DNA from: Myxococcota bacterium
Lineage (GTDB): Bacteria; Myxococcota_A; UBA796; CAJQPC01
Direction: 5' to 3'
Assembly (NCBI GenBank): GCA_036012755.1
Contig: DASCPX010000190.1
Location: 89,894-153,893 of the forward strand
DNA length: 64,000 bases
Part shown: piece after piece, positions 1-9,903 of the stretch
How positions within the stretch are numbered: position 1 is the first letter of the stretch
How the letters are laid out: the number at the start of each line of letters is the position of its first letter
The notes under the pieces: model-generated
Databases searched by the model: none
Seen by the model: the letters and a program-made list of their open reading frames with translations, nothing else
What the model was told of the DNA's origin: nothing
Made by a program: the position numbers and the translations under genes

Positions 1-1891
1 CGTCTGGCAGGAAGGCGAGCTCCAGCACGCCCTCGTCGGAGAGCACGCGGGTGGCCCCGGTCTGTGGATCGAAGACCCGCACCCCGAAGGCATGGGAGAC
101 GGCGATGCTGCCCTGGTGCTCATCGATGCCCCAGACCTCGGGCAAGGCACCGGTGAGCACATCGAGGCTGTCGCCGTTGGACCACACGACCTGTCCGAGC
201 GTGTTGGCCAGCAGCAGGCCGCCCCCGCCGTCGACGGCCAGGCTCGTCACGGAGCTCCCCATCGTTCCACCACCCCAGGTGACCTCGCCAAGCGAGGTGC
301 CGTCGAGGTCGCGTGCCTCGGCCTGTCCCTCCCAGTTCATCAGCGCGACGGCGCGGCCATCTCCGGAGATGGCGCCGAGCACCGGGCTCTCGTAGGCCGT
401 GTCCGCGTCGTCACCCTCTGGCCGCCAGAGGTGTGCACCGGTCGAGTCGACGACCACGACACCGTCATCGACCACGCGCAGCGCGGTCGGAATGCTGCCC
501 CACACCTCGACGGGATGGCGCGTGGCCAGGACAACGCCGCTCTCAGCGTCCCAGAAGGTGATGTTGCCGCTCCAGTCAGCGGTCACGAGGCGGGTCCCTC
601 CGTGGCCGACCGCGAGGAGACCCGGAGGCGTCATGGGGAGCTCCGCGACGAGCTCGCCGTCACTGCTCCAGGTCCGCAGCCAGGAGTCGGAGGCGACCGC
701 ATAGCTGGCGTCAGGGCCCACCGCGACAACCGTCTGGGACGTCGAGCCCGGAACCAGGCCCCCGATGCGCTCGCCGGTAGAGAGGTCGATGCGCTGAGCG
801 GCCCCCTTGTCGTCGGCGACCAGCACCCAGGACAGCTCCGGTGAGACCGCCACTCGCTGGGTTCCCCAGCCGGCCTGCACGGGCAGGTGGTGCCGACGTC
901 GAATGGCCCCCGTGTCGAGGTCCCAGACGACGGCGTCGCCATCGCTCCAGACAGCGAGCCCCCGGTCTCCGGGGACATCCACCGCGAGGACGAGGGCCGG
1001 GCTGCCAGGCGCTGCGCCGAGCTCCAGCGGAGGCCGAACCGGGACCTCGTGGACCTGGACGATGCCGTCCATCATCGCGACGGCGATGCGGTCCTCTTCG
1101 GGGCTGAAGGCCATGGACTGGACCATGCCCGTGCCACCTCGAAGCGTGGCTCGAAGCTGGCCGGTCTGGTGTTCCCAGAGCTCGACGCCGGAGCCGCTGG
1201 CGTCGACGACCGCGACCAGGTCCGCGCTGGTCGCGAAGGTGGCGCTGGAGCCGTTGCCAAAGCCCAGGGTCCGGCGGCTCCCATCCAGGCCGACATACTC
1301 GCTGGCCCGACCGTAGTCGAAGAGCACGAAGCCGTCGCCGGCGGGCTTCACCGCCCAGCCCGCGGCGTTGGTGTGGAGCACCGTCTCGCCGCTGAGTGCA
1401 TAGATGTGGAGCCGTCCGTTCTCCCAGAAATACGGAGTGCCGTCGAGGTACCCGAAGGCGTCAGGGCCGTTGGCCCAGAGATCCGTGGCCACGACGCGCT
1501 CGGCCCCGTCCACGTTGCGCTCCAGGAGCCCACCCGCGGAGACCAGGTAGCGCCCGCCCTCTCCCGCGACGACCACGGGGACGGACCAGCGGTCGGGCTT
1601 GGGCACCTTGGCCAGCCGCTTCCCGTCTGTCACGTCGTAGAGGCCAGGGCGCCCTCGCCAGGACTGGGTGGAAAGCAACGCCCCGTCCGCGGACAGCGTG
1701 ATGTTGCTGGTGTTGAAGCCAACGTCGAAGCTGCTGATCTCGTTCAACTCTTCGTCATAGACACGGACCAGGCCAGAGGAGCCGAGCGCCGCGATGTGGT
1801 CCCCTTCCCAGTGGAGGATCCAGGTCGGATCGAAGGTGGTCTCGACGACATGCAGCGGCGCCGCGAAGGCCGTGCTCAGCAGCAGGATCAT
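1..1891 (-). CDS. Secreted WD40/beta-propeller repeat protein (3' end runs off the window)
   Basis: Not in the ORF track because there is no stop in the window. Minus-strand ATG at 1891 gives MILLLSTAFAAPLHVVE..., and the frame reads open to position 2, with WD-like segments (VQSMAFSPEEDRIAVAMMDGIVQVHEV; LVTADWSGNITFWDAESG; AVVWDLDTG). The + strand ORFs here are its antisense shadows. Confidence 0.8.
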   Translation of the reverse strand, partial: MILLLSTAFAAPLHVVETTFDPTWILHWEGDHIAALGSSGLVRVYDEELNEISSFDVGFNTSNITLSADGALLSTQSWRGRPGLYDVTDGKRLAKVPKPDRWSVPVVVAGEGGRYLVSAGGLLERNVDGAERVVATDLWANGPDAFGYLDGTPYFWENGRLHIYALSGETVLHTNAAGWAVKPAGDGFVLFDYGRASEYVGLDGSRRTLGFGNGSSATFATSADLVAVVDASGSGVELWEHQTGQLRATLRGGTGMVQSMAFSPEEDRIAVAMMDGIVQVHEVPVRPPLELGAAPGSPALVLAVDVPGDRGLAVWSDGDAVVWDLDTGAIRRRHHLPVQAGWGTQRVAVSPELSWVLVADDKGAAQRIDLSTGERIGGLVPGSTSQTVVAVGPDASYAVASDSWLRTWSSDGELVAELPMTPPGLLAVGHGGTRLVTADWSGNITFWDAESGVVLATRHPVEVWGSIPTALRVVDDGVVVVDSTGAHLWRPEGDDADTAYESPVLGAISGDGRAVALMNWEGQAEARDLDGTSLGEVTWGGGTMGSSVTSLAVDGGGGLLLANTLGQVVWSNGDSLDVLTGALPEVWGIDEHQGSIAVSHAFGVRVFDPQTGATRVLSDEGVLELAFLPD

Positions 1892-1898
1892 GTGAACC

Positions 1899-3737
1899 TC
1901 AGACGCTCTTGATGGTCCCGGTGTAGAAGCCGTCGAGGACCTCCCCGAAGCGGGACTCGATGACCTTGCGCTTGACCTTCAGGCTCGGCGTGAGCTCGCC
2001 GGTCTCGATTGTCCAGTCTGCCTCGAGGATGGCGAACTTCTTGATGGTCTCGTACCTGGCGAGGCCAGCGTTCAGCTTGTCGACGGCCTTCTGGACCAAC
2101 GCGATGACCTTTGGCTCCTTCGACAGCTGAGCGACGGGACGTCCGCCCAGGTCGTTGTCCTCTGCCCAACCGGGAATGGACTCGGCGTCGAGGGTCACCA
2201 GCGCGCTGCAGAAGTTGCGGGTGTTGCCATGCACCAGCACGTTGCCGAGGTAGGGGCAGAGGGCCTTGAGCTTGGACTCGAGGGCCTGCGGCGCGACGTA
2301 CTTGCCGCCAGAGGTCTTGATGAGGTCCTTCTTGCGATCGGTGATCTTGAGGAAGCCGTCCGGGTCGATCTCGCCGATGTCGCCGGTGAGCAGCCAGCCG
2401 TCGTCCGTGAGCGTCTCGGCGGTCTTCTCGGCGAGGCCGTAGTAGCCGCGCATGATGCCGCGGCTCCTGAGCAGGATCTCGCCGTCGTCGGCGATCTTGA
2501 TCTCGGTGCCCCCGACCCCCTTTCCGACGGTGCCGAAGCGGAACTCGTCGGGGCGGTTCACCACGCTGGCCGCGCTGGACTCGGTGAGCCCGTAGCCCTC
2601 GCAGATGAGGATGCCCGCGGCGTGGAAGAACTCAGCCATGTCGCGGGACAGGGGCGCGGAGCCGGAGATGAAGTAGCGAATGCGACCGCCGAAGCGCTCG
2701 CGCAGCTTGGAGAAGACGAGCCTGTCCGCGATGCGGCGCTTGAACTCCAGCCAGGGACCCGGCTCTCCCCCCTTCTGCTGGATCGCCGAGACCTCCTTGC
2801 CCACGGCAAGGGCCCACCGGAAGATGCGCAGCTTGGCGCCGCCGGCGTCTTCGGCCCCCGTGACGACCTTGTTGTAGACCTTCTCGAAGATGCGCGGGGC
2901 CGCAGCCATGAAGGTCGGCCGCACGATGGCGAGGTTGTCGATGATCCTGGGGATCCGCCCGTCGATGGCGGTGGGGATGGGGCCGGCGATGATCGCGACC
3001 TCCAGGACCTTGCCGAAGCTGTGGCTCATCGGCAGCCACAGAAACTGCTTCTCGTCCTCCTGGAACAGGTCCATCTGCTTGAGCGCCTCGCCCGTGTAGA
3101 CCCAGCAGTCGTGCAGGAGCTCGACGCCCTTCGGCGTGCCAGTGGTCCCGGACGTGTAGATCAGCGTCGCCAGGTGCTGGGGTTCGATGGCGTCGATCAC
3201 CCGGTCGAAGTCCTCGGGATCGTTCGCGTCGTACTCGCGGCCGCGGACCTCGACGTCCTCCATGCGCAGGACCCAGCCGTCATCGCTCGCGGTGCCGTCC
3301 AGTGTCAACACGTGTTGGACCTGCGGCATCTCCTCGCGCTTCTGCAGCAGCTTCTCGACCTGCTCGTCGTCCTCTGCAATCACCAGGACCGTGCCGGAGT
3401 CGTTGATGATGAAGGCGCACTCCTCTGGCGTGTTGCTCGGATAGATGGTCGTGGTCGCTGCGCCCGCGCTCAAGATACCGAGATCGCACAGGATCCAGTC
3501 GATCCTGGTCGTACAGAGGATCGCGCACCGTTGTTCTGGCTTCACCCCGAGGGCCTTCAGACCGGAGGCGATCGAACGGACGCGCTCGCCGACGTCGGCC
3601 CACTTCATCGTGCGCCAGGCTTCGTTGGCGTCGGGGAAGTAGAAGGCGTCGACGTTCGCGGACTCGCGAACGCGATGGGCCAGCATCGCGGCGACGCTGG
3701 CGAAGCCCTGGGTGGACTTCTGGGGGTCCTCGGCCAT
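1899..3737 (-). CDS. Long-chain fatty acid-CoA ligase (AMP-dependent synthetase, FadD-like)
   Basis: AMP-binding motif YTSGTTGTPKG, plus EGYGLTE, TGDIG, DRKKDLIKTSGGKYVAPQ and ELTPSLKVKR. ATG at 3737 (MAEDPQK) is preceded by GGAG. Confidence 0.92.
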   Translation of the reverse strand: MAEDPQKSTQGFASVAAMLAHRVRESANVDAFYFPDANEAWRTMKWADVGERVRSIASGLKALGVKPEQRCAILCTTRIDWILCDLGILSAGAATTTIYPSNTPEECAFIINDSGTVLVIAEDDEQVEKLLQKREEMPQVQHVLTLDGTASDDGWVLRMEDVEVRGREYDANDPEDFDRVIDAIEPQHLATLIYTSGTTGTPKGVELLHDCWVYTGEALKQMDLFQEDEKQFLWLPMSHSFGKVLEVAIIAGPIPTAIDGRIPRIIDNLAIVRPTFMAAAPRIFEKVYNKVVTGAEDAGGAKLRIFRWALAVGKEVSAIQQKGGEPGPWLEFKRRIADRLVFSKLRERFGGRIRYFISGSAPLSRDMAEFFHAAGILICEGYGLTESSAASVVNRPDEFRFGTVGKGVGGTEIKIADDGEILLRSRGIMRGYYGLAEKTAETLTDDGWLLTGDIGEIDPDGFLKITDRKKDLIKTSGGKYVAPQALESKLKALCPYLGNVLVHGNTRNFCSALVTLDAESIPGWAEDNDLGGRPVAQLSKEPKVIALVQKAVDKLNAGLARYETIKKFAILEADWTIETGELTPSLKVKRKVIESRFGEVLDGFYTGTIKSV

Positions 3738-3842
3738 GGTGACTCCAGGAAAAAGGGGCAAGACGGCCCGTCCCACGTAGCGTGCCAATCACCGCCTCGC
3801 CGCAACGGCGCGGGTCGACCAGAGCCGGGCTAACTTCTGCTC

Positions 3843-4913
3843 ATGCTCGTGCTGCTCCTCGCCTGCAACAAGACCTCACTCGAGCTCGCCTGGCAGGAGG
3901 GCCTCGAGCTGGAGGACCCGGCCATCCTCGCCGACGAGGGCCTCATCATCACGGTCTCCGAGATGACCATGCGCGGCATGGACGCGGCCAGCGGGGGCAC
4001 CCTGTGGAGCGCCGAGTTGCCCGAGGGGGTCGGCGGCGCTCCGGTCGTGACCGACGACGACGAGATCCTCCTGTGGAGCGAGATCGGGATCTTCGGCTTC
4101 GACACCACCGGCGAGGTCGTCTTCTCTCGCAACGCGGAGATGTTCGTCGAGGTCGACCCGGCGGTCACCGCCGACGGCACCATCCTCGTGATGGGCGAGA
4201 ACCTCGACAAGGACGCGGCGGTGCTCACGAAGATGACGACCGACAGCGGCGTGGTCTCCCAGGTCGAGTTCGCCGAAGGTCACCCCCTCACCCAGCCCGC
4301 CATCGACAGCGAGGGCAACATCTACGTCGTGCTCACCACCGACGGCACGGTCTTCACGCTGGTCTCCCTCGACGCGGAGGGAGAGCTGCGCTGGGAGGTG
4401 GAGCTCGCCGAGGGCATCGACGGCAGCGCCGAGATCATCCCGTACGCCGGACTCTGGCTGGTCTCGGGCGGCGTCCTGCAGGAGCTCGACCCAGCCACCG
4501 GCGAGGTCCTCGACGACGACGAGGGCGTCTACGTCACCTTCGACGACGAGGGGGCCATCATCCGCTCAGAAGCGCAGCTCGAGATCGAGAACCGCGACGA
4601 GGCGGCCATCGAGTTCCCGAACCTCACCTGCGGCCACACGGCCGTGGACGTCGAGGGACGCATCTACGCCGCCTGCGCGATGCCGAACGACCCGGGGCGC
4701 ACCATCGTCATCGACCTGCGCGAGAAGGTCCGCATCGGGGACCCGGCGGAGTGGGCGGGGGAGACCCAGCTCGCCTCTCCGCTGTTGTGGGAAGACCTCG
4801 TCATCTTCCGCCTGGACGCCGGGCTGATCGCCTACAGCGGCGCCGCGCCCCTCGCGGAGGACGCCTGGGCTCGCAGCCGCGGGGGCCTCCGGAACCAGAA
4901 CCGGGCACCTTGA
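3843..4913 (+). CDS. PQQ-like beta-propeller lipoprotein
   Basis: MLVLLLAC N-terminus; repeated propeller blades (DAASGGTLWSAEL, PAVTADGTILV, PAIDSEGNIYV, LDAEGELRWEVEL); C-terminal W..RGG..N motif; in-frame TAA 12 nt upstream fixes the start. Confidence 0.75.
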   Translation: MLVLLLACNKTSLELAWQEGLELEDPAILADEGLIITVSEMTMRGMDAASGGTLWSAELPEGVGGAPVVTDDDEILLWSEIGIFGFDTTGEVVFSRNAEMFVEVDPAVTADGTILVMGENLDKDAAVLTKMTTDSGVVSQVEFAEGHPLTQPAIDSEGNIYVVLTTDGTVFTLVSLDAEGELRWEVELAEGIDGSAEIIPYAGLWLVSGGVLQELDPATGEVLDDDEGVYVTFDDEGAIIRSEAQLEIENRDEAAIEFPNLTCGHTAVDVEGRIYAACAMPNDPGRTIVIDLREKVRIGDPAEWAGETQLASPLLWEDLVIFRLDAGLIAYSGAAPLAEDAWARSRGGLRNQNRAP

Positions 4914-5506
4914 AGCTCGTCCATCTCTGCGAGCGCTGGCTGGTCGTGGACAAGCCGCCAGGGTGGGTCGTGGTGCCCGGTCGAGGCTCCCACCCGGTGC
5001 TCCGAGAGGCGCTCGAAGCCGAGTGCGGTCGGATCTGGGTCGTGCACCGCCTCGACGCTCCGGTCTCCGGGCTGATCCTCTTTGCTCGCACCCGAGACGC
5101 CCACCGCGAAGCGAACCGGGCCTTCGAGGCCCGCGCCGTAGAGAAGACCTACGAGGCCCTGACCGCAGGCACTGGGAGCTCCGCGACCTGGGAGTGGCCG
5201 CTGGCCCAGGGCAAGAAGCGGGTCTTCGTGGCCGATCACGGCAAGGCCTCCAATACCTGCGCGGTCGCCCTGCGACGGGACGAGCGCGGGCAGCTCTGGC
5301 GACTGCGGCCCAGGACAGGGAGGCGTCACCAGCTGCGCGTCCACGCCATGACCGCGGGCCATCCCATTCACGGCGACGCGCTCTATGGCAGCGAGATCAG
5401 CTGGAAAGACGGCATCGCCCTGCGGGCCGTCCGCCTGGCGTTGGAGCTGCCTGGACTGCCGCCGTTGCTGGAGGTCCCGGGCCTCTGTGAGACAATCGGG
5501 ACATGA
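4910..5506 (+). CDS. RluA-family RNA pseudouridine synthase
   Basis: TTG start overlapping the upstream TGA; motifs VVDKPPG, VHRLDAPVSG (catalytic Asp), KTYEAL, TGRRHQLRVH, GHPIHGDALYG. Confidence 0.9.
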   Translation: MKLVHLCERWLVVDKPPGWVVVPGRGSHPVLREALEAECGRIWVVHRLDAPVSGLILFARTRDAHREANRAFEARAVEKTYEALTAGTGSSATWEWPLAQGKKRVFVADHGKASNTCAVALRRDERGQLWRLRPRTGRRHQLRVHAMTAGHPIHGDALYGSEISWKDGIALRAVRLALELPGLPPLLEVPGLCETIGT

Positions 5507-6003
5507 GCTCCGAATCCCTGGATCAGCAGAACGCGCAGCTGCAGGAGACCTTGAAGCAGCAGCTCGCCGACCTCGAGAAGGCCCGCGACAAGCTCGCCGT
5601 CGCCGAGGAGCAGCTCGGGCTCGCCGACGAAGAGGTGGCCCGCGCCGAGCTCGAGCTCGACAAGCGCAAGAAAGAAGGCGAGGAGCTCGAGAAGGCCGCG
5701 GAAGAGGCCCAGAAAGAGGTCGAGCGCCGCCGCGCCGAGCGAGACCGCATCAAGGCGGAGATCGAAGCAGAAGAGGTGGAGGAGCAGAAGCGCATCGACG
5801 AGCTCACAACGAGAGCCGAGGCCGCGGAGCAGAAGCGCAGCGAGCTGGACGCGGAGATCAAGAAGCTCGAAGCCGAGCAGGCCGACCTGGAGAAACAGCT
5901 CATCGACGCCGACGCCGAGATCGACCGCCTGGATACAGAGGACGAGCGCCTCGCCTCCGAGATCGCGGCTCTCGAGCAGGAGCTCGTCGACCTGGACGCC
6001 TGA
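5503..6003 (+). CDS. Acidic coiled-coil protein, 166 aa
   Basis: ATGA overlap with the RluA gene stop; E/K/A/L-rich heptad pattern with no Pro; host-like codon usage. Confidence 0.75.
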   Translation: MSSESLDQQNAQLQETLKQQLADLEKARDKLAVAEEQLGLADEEVARAELELDKRKKEGEELEKAAEEAQKEVERRRAERDRIKAEIEAEEVEEQKRIDELTTRAEAAEQKRSELDAEIKKLEAEQADLEKQLIDADAEIDRLDTEDERLASEIAALEQELVDLDA

Positions 6004-8531
6004 TGCGGACCCTGGATGTCCTCCTTCGCTACGGCCCCGGGACCCGCCCGGCTCGCCTGGCCTGCGCGGCGCTGCCGGAGCTCATCTGGACCACGGAGAA
6101 GCCCGTCCCCCTCGACCCGGGCGCCGCCGCGGCGCTGGCCATCGCGGCCGAGCTCGACTCGGGGGCCCACTTCGCGGGGGTGGCCATCGCCCTGCGCTCG
6201 GCCTTGTCGCTCTACGACGCCCACGTCGACTGGGAGGCCGGCATCGAGGATCTGGAGGACGACCAGGCTCGCGACTCCGCGCTGCGAGCCCTCGGGATCG
6301 CGGCCATCGCCGGGGCCCTGTGGCCGGACGACCCCGTCGGCGAGCTGCTGGAGCTGGACCACGGCGAGGCCCTGGTCGACTGGCTCGTCGCGGATCTCGT
6401 GCTCAGCCAGGGGACAGAGGACGAGCCACCCGAAGAGGAGCCGCTGACGCGCCTGTTGGGCCACCTCGACGACGTGGATCTCCCAGAGGCGCTGGAGGAC
6501 CGGGCAGAGCTCGGAAGAGAAGTGCTCGAGGCCCTCGGGCCGGTGATCGACGAACGAGTCACAGACGCCGCGGGCTCCGTGGTCCGCCTCGCCGAGAACA
6601 TGCGCAGCACCCTCGGGGACGTTCGGTCCGACATCGACGCGCTCACTGCAGAGGCTCGCGAAGCACCGGTCTACGAGGTCCTCGCCGCCCGCCTGGTGGC
6701 CGAGCGCGGCGCTGCTGATGCCGAGAGCACCCTCGACGAACCCGTCAAGCCACGACCACCGAGACAGGCTCCGAAGGCTCCGAAGAAGGCCGAAAAGAAG
6801 GGGCCGGATCCAAGGGTCTTCCGGCTCGCGGCCATCCTCCACGTCCTCCCAGCCCTGCGAGCCCGCGAGGTAGAGGTCCCAGAGGTCCCAGAGCTGGCTG
6901 TCGACCGCTCGGCCCTCGTCCTCGCCGAAGAGGCGCTCGCCGCAGCCGAGGCCCGAGGAGACCAGGGCAGCTTCGAGATGGACCTGGGCGTGCTCGACCG
7001 AGCCCGCGAGGCCGCTCGAGGCTCGCTGGAGGCTCGCAACCAGGCTCGACGAGCGGTGCAGACGGCGGAGGCGGCGATCGCATCGACCCAGGCTGACCTC
7101 GACCGCTTGCGGCGGAAGCGCAGCGCCAACCGCGCGAAGTCGAAGGTCCTGGTCGAGGCCCGGCTCATGGAGGCCCGCGCCGTCCAGATGCGCGTGCGCG
7201 CCGAGCGGGCCGAGGTCGACACCACGCCGATCGAGGCCCGCGTTCGCGCGATCCCCCCGGAGATTCGGACCTGCTCGAAGCAGAAGGAGGATCTCCCCTA
7301 CATCGTCATCGGCGCCCTCGATGTCGACCAGTGGCCGCTGGACCAGGCCGAAGCGAAGCTCTACGAGGCCGAGAACGAAGCCGGCAAGCACCCCCGCCCG
7401 GAGCCCGTCGACACCAGCGCGCTGGAGGCCGCGGTAGCCCGGAGAACGGAGGCCGACAGCGAGGTGAGCTCAGCCCGCGCAGAGCGGGGGAAGGTATGCC
7501 AGGAGCTGGCTCGGGCACGCCTCGCCGTCGTCCGCCGCGCCGGGAGCCTGAAGAGCCAGGCGGCGAGGCTGCGCCGTGTCAAGAAGGGCATCGGCTCCGT
7601 CGAGGTCGACGAGCGCCCAGTCTCGACCGAGCGCCTCGAGGCTGCCGAGGCCAGCATCGAGGAGGGCTACAAGCTCTACGAGGCCCTGCCCGAGCCGCAG
7701 AAGCTGGACACCAGCGACCTCGAGGGGGCCAGGTCCATCCGGGGCCGGAAGCTCCAAGGCAAGCTCTGGGCCCGGCACGCCGCGGTGAACGCGGAGCTCG
7801 CCATCGTCCACACGCGGTGGGCGATCGCGAAGATGGTCCCCGAGCGCGCCGCAGCCCTCACGCAGGAGCTCGGCCGGCTAGGCGAGGAGCGAGGCGGCAT
7901 CGAGCTGATCGAGGTCACGCAGCGCCCGGCCGACCACAGCCGACTCCAGGCCGCCGAGGACCGCCTCGCAGAGGCCACCGCGGTGGAGATCGACGCCCCG
8001 ACCCTCGACGAGAGCCCGCGGCTGATGGCTCGCAAGGGCCGCCGGACAGCCCTCGAGGCGAAGCTGGAGGCCCTGCGAGACCTGCGCCAGCGCAGCCGCG
8101 GTGCTCGCGAGATCAACCTCGCCCTCCGCGACCTGAGCGTCGACCGCGTGGCCGCTCGGGGAGACAGGCTCCAGCTCTGCCGAGAGCTCGCGCGGCTCGG
8201 AGAGGAGCCCGACCGCAGCCGTGTGCTGGAGGCGACCACCGCCCTGCGCAAGGCTCGCGAAGAGGTGACGGCCCTGACCGACCGGCTCGCGACCGTGCGA
8301 GAGAGAGTCCCGGTGCTCAACGACCGCATCGAGGAGCTCGAGGACCGCTACGACGACATCATGAGACTCCGGGGACTCAGGCGCCGGCGGGTCCGCATCA
8401 TGGAAGAGGACCTGCCCGTGCCTGCGCCTCCTCCCAGGAAGAAGGCCCAGGCCCTGGGCCTGGTCGAAGCGAAGACCACGATGATGACGCCGGAGCAGAT
8501 CCAGGAGATGTTGGCCGAGCTCGACGGCTGA
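6003..8531 (+). CDS. Large coiled-coil hypothetical protein with internal repeats
   Basis: TGATG coupling at 6001-6005 (MRTLDVLLRYG...); long helical A/E/R/L-rich body with recurring PEPxDTSxLE and CxELAR units. Confidence 0.7.
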   Translation: MRTLDVLLRYGPGTRPARLACAALPELIWTTEKPVPLDPGAAAALAIAAELDSGAHFAGVAIALRSALSLYDAHVDWEAGIEDLEDDQARDSALRALGIAAIAGALWPDDPVGELLELDHGEALVDWLVADLVLSQGTEDEPPEEEPLTRLLGHLDDVDLPEALEDRAELGREVLEALGPVIDERVTDAAGSVVRLAENMRSTLGDVRSDIDALTAEAREAPVYEVLAARLVAERGAADAESTLDEPVKPRPPRQAPKAPKKAEKKGPDPRVFRLAAILHVLPALRAREVEVPEVPELAVDRSALVLAEEALAAAEARGDQGSFEMDLGVLDRAREAARGSLEARNQARRAVQTAEAAIASTQADLDRLRRKRSANRAKSKVLVEARLMEARAVQMRVRAERAEVDTTPIEARVRAIPPEIRTCSKQKEDLPYIVIGALDVDQWPLDQAEAKLYEAENEAGKHPRPEPVDTSALEAAVARRTEADSEVSSARAERGKVCQELARARLAVVRRAGSLKSQAARLRRVKKGIGSVEVDERPVSTERLEAAEASIEEGYKLYEALPEPQKLDTSDLEGARSIRGRKLQGKLWARHAAVNAELAIVHTRWAIAKMVPERAAALTQELGRLGEERGGIELIEVTQRPADHSRLQAAEDRLAEATAVEIDAPTLDESPRLMARKGRRTALEAKLEALRDLRQRSRGAREINLALRDLSVDRVAARGDRLQLCRELARLGEEPDRSRVLEATTALRKAREEVTALTDRLATVRERVPVLNDRIEELEDRYDDIMRLRGLRRRRVRIMEEDLPVPAPPPRKKAQALGLVEAKTTMMTPEQIQEMLAELDG

Positions 8532-8598
8532 TCGACGCTAGGGCGGCACGACGTCCAAGGGCCGTTGCTGGCCGCTCCTCTGATCAGTCGCCGCTGCA

Positions 8599-8703
8599 GG
8601 TGATGGCCGGGCGGTCCAGCGCCCCGGGAGTACCGACTACCGTTGCTCCCTTCCAGGCCTGGCGGGGTTCACGGGTCCCGGTCGCCGGGGCCCGACCATC
8701 ACC
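8599..8703 (-). ncRNA. ffs: Signal recognition particle RNA (small bacterial SRP/4.5S RNA)
   Basis: Minus strand reads GGTGATGGTCGGG...GAACCCCGCCAGGCCTGGAAGGGAGCAACGGTAG...CCCGGCCATCACC. The termini pair into a long hairpin, with the conserved helix-8 CAGG-N3-GGAA-N3-AGCA motif. It lies downstream of tadA/tRNA-Ser, a common context. Confidence 0.9.
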
Positions 8704-8723
8704 AACAGCTACGAGCCTCAAGA

Positions 8724-8811
<88 letters not shown>

Positions 8812-8863
8812 TGGGTCCATCCTGAGCTCGTCATGGTCGCTGGAAGACGCTGTGGAATGAGAG

Positions 8864-8950
8864 CGGAGAGGGTGGGATTCGAACCCACGGTAGGGAGGTC
8901 CCTACAATAGATTTCGAGTCTACCGCCTTCGTCCACTCGGCCACCTCTCC
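8864..8950 (-). tRNA. tRNA-Ser(CGA), CCA not encoded
   Basis: GGAGAGGTGGCCGAGTGGACGAAGGCGGTAGA-CT-CGA-AA-TCTAT, variable arm GTAGGG-ACCT-CCCTAC, GGTTCGAATCC; discriminator G followed by CTC rather than CCA. Confidence 0.95.
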
Positions 8951-8957
8951 GAAATCT

Positions 8958-9428
8958 CTACGTCTTCCTGGCCCGCAGCTCCTTGAAGAAGTCACGCAAG
9001 ATCTCGCTCGCGGCTTCTTGTTCGACCCCCTCGACGACCTCGAAGGCGTGGTTCAGGCCAGCGAAGCTCGAGAGGTCACAGAGGCTCCCGAGGAAGCCTC
9101 CCTTCGGGTCGCGCGTGGCGAAGACGACACGCTCGATCCGGGACAGCACCATCGCCCCGGCGCACATCGCGCAAGGCTCCAGCGTCACGTAGACCGTGCA
9201 GCCTTCGAGCCTCCAGTCGCCCAGGGCACGCGCCGCTCGCCGAATAGCCGAGAGCTCCGCGTGCCCGGTCGGGTCGTCCTCGCACTCACGCACGTTGTGC
9301 GCGACCGCCAGGATGACACCGTTCTTGACCACCACCGCTCCGACCGGGACCTCGCCCCGAGCCGCAGCGGCCCGCGCCTGCGCCAGCGCCACGCTCATGA
9401 ATCCGTGGTGCGAGTCAGGACCAGACAT
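8958..9428 (-). CDS. tadA: tRNA adenosine(34) deaminase
   Basis: GEVPVGAVVV, DPTGHAE, YVTLEPCAMCAGAM, DPKGG, LNH and FFKELR motifs. Confidence 0.93.
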   Translation of the reverse strand: MSGPDSHHGFMSVALAQARAAAARGEVPVGAVVVKNGVILAVAHNVRECEDDPTGHAELSAIRRAARALGDWRLEGCTVYVTLEPCAMCAGAMVLSRIERVVFATRDPKGGFLGSLCDLSSFAGLNHAFEVVEGVEQEAASEILRDFFKELRARKT

Positions 9429-9497
9429 CTTCCGACCGTCAAAGACCAAGCTCCGAGCCTTGTGGCTGGAGCGCCCGGAACGTATGCTCCGGCCCCT

Positions 9498-9869
9498 TTG
9501 CTGTCAATCCTCCGAACAGCCCTCCGAGCGCGCCTGAGAGCGACAGTGGAGGACGAGTTGCGGCCGCTGAACGAGGCAGCCTCCGGCCTCGAGAAGGCGC
9601 TTGAACGACGACGACGGATGATGGCCACGCTCCGCGATCGCGTGGCGGAGCTGGAGGCCATCTCGGCCGGGGACTTCCACGCAGAGATGAGCGTGCACGT
9701 CGCCTGGAACCGTCACCCCGGAGTCGCCGAGGTCTTCGCTGGCTACGGGCTCCCAGACTGCCGTAGCTGTCCGGTCGGCGCCGATGAGACCCTCGCCGAA
9801 GCAGCCGAGGGGTACGAGATCCCCATCGATCGGCTTCTATCGGAACTGCAAGTGCTCCTCCGGGGTTGA
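9498..9869 (+). CDS. Coiled-coil + DUF1858-like (CxxC) domain protein
   Basis: C-terminal HPGVAEVFAGYGLPDCRSCPVGADETLAEAAEGYEIPIDRLLSEL fits the DUF1858/hybrid-cluster-associated redox domain pattern. The TTG start is uncertain. Confidence 0.65.
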   Translation: MLSILRTALRARLRATVEDELRPLNEAASGLEKALERRRRMMATLRDRVAELEAISAGDFHAEMSVHVAWNRHPGVAEVFAGYGLPDCRSCPVGADETLAEAAEGYEIPIDRLLSELQVLLRG

Positions 9870-9903
9870 TACCCTCCGGATCCGGCACATCCCGAGGCAC
9901 CCC

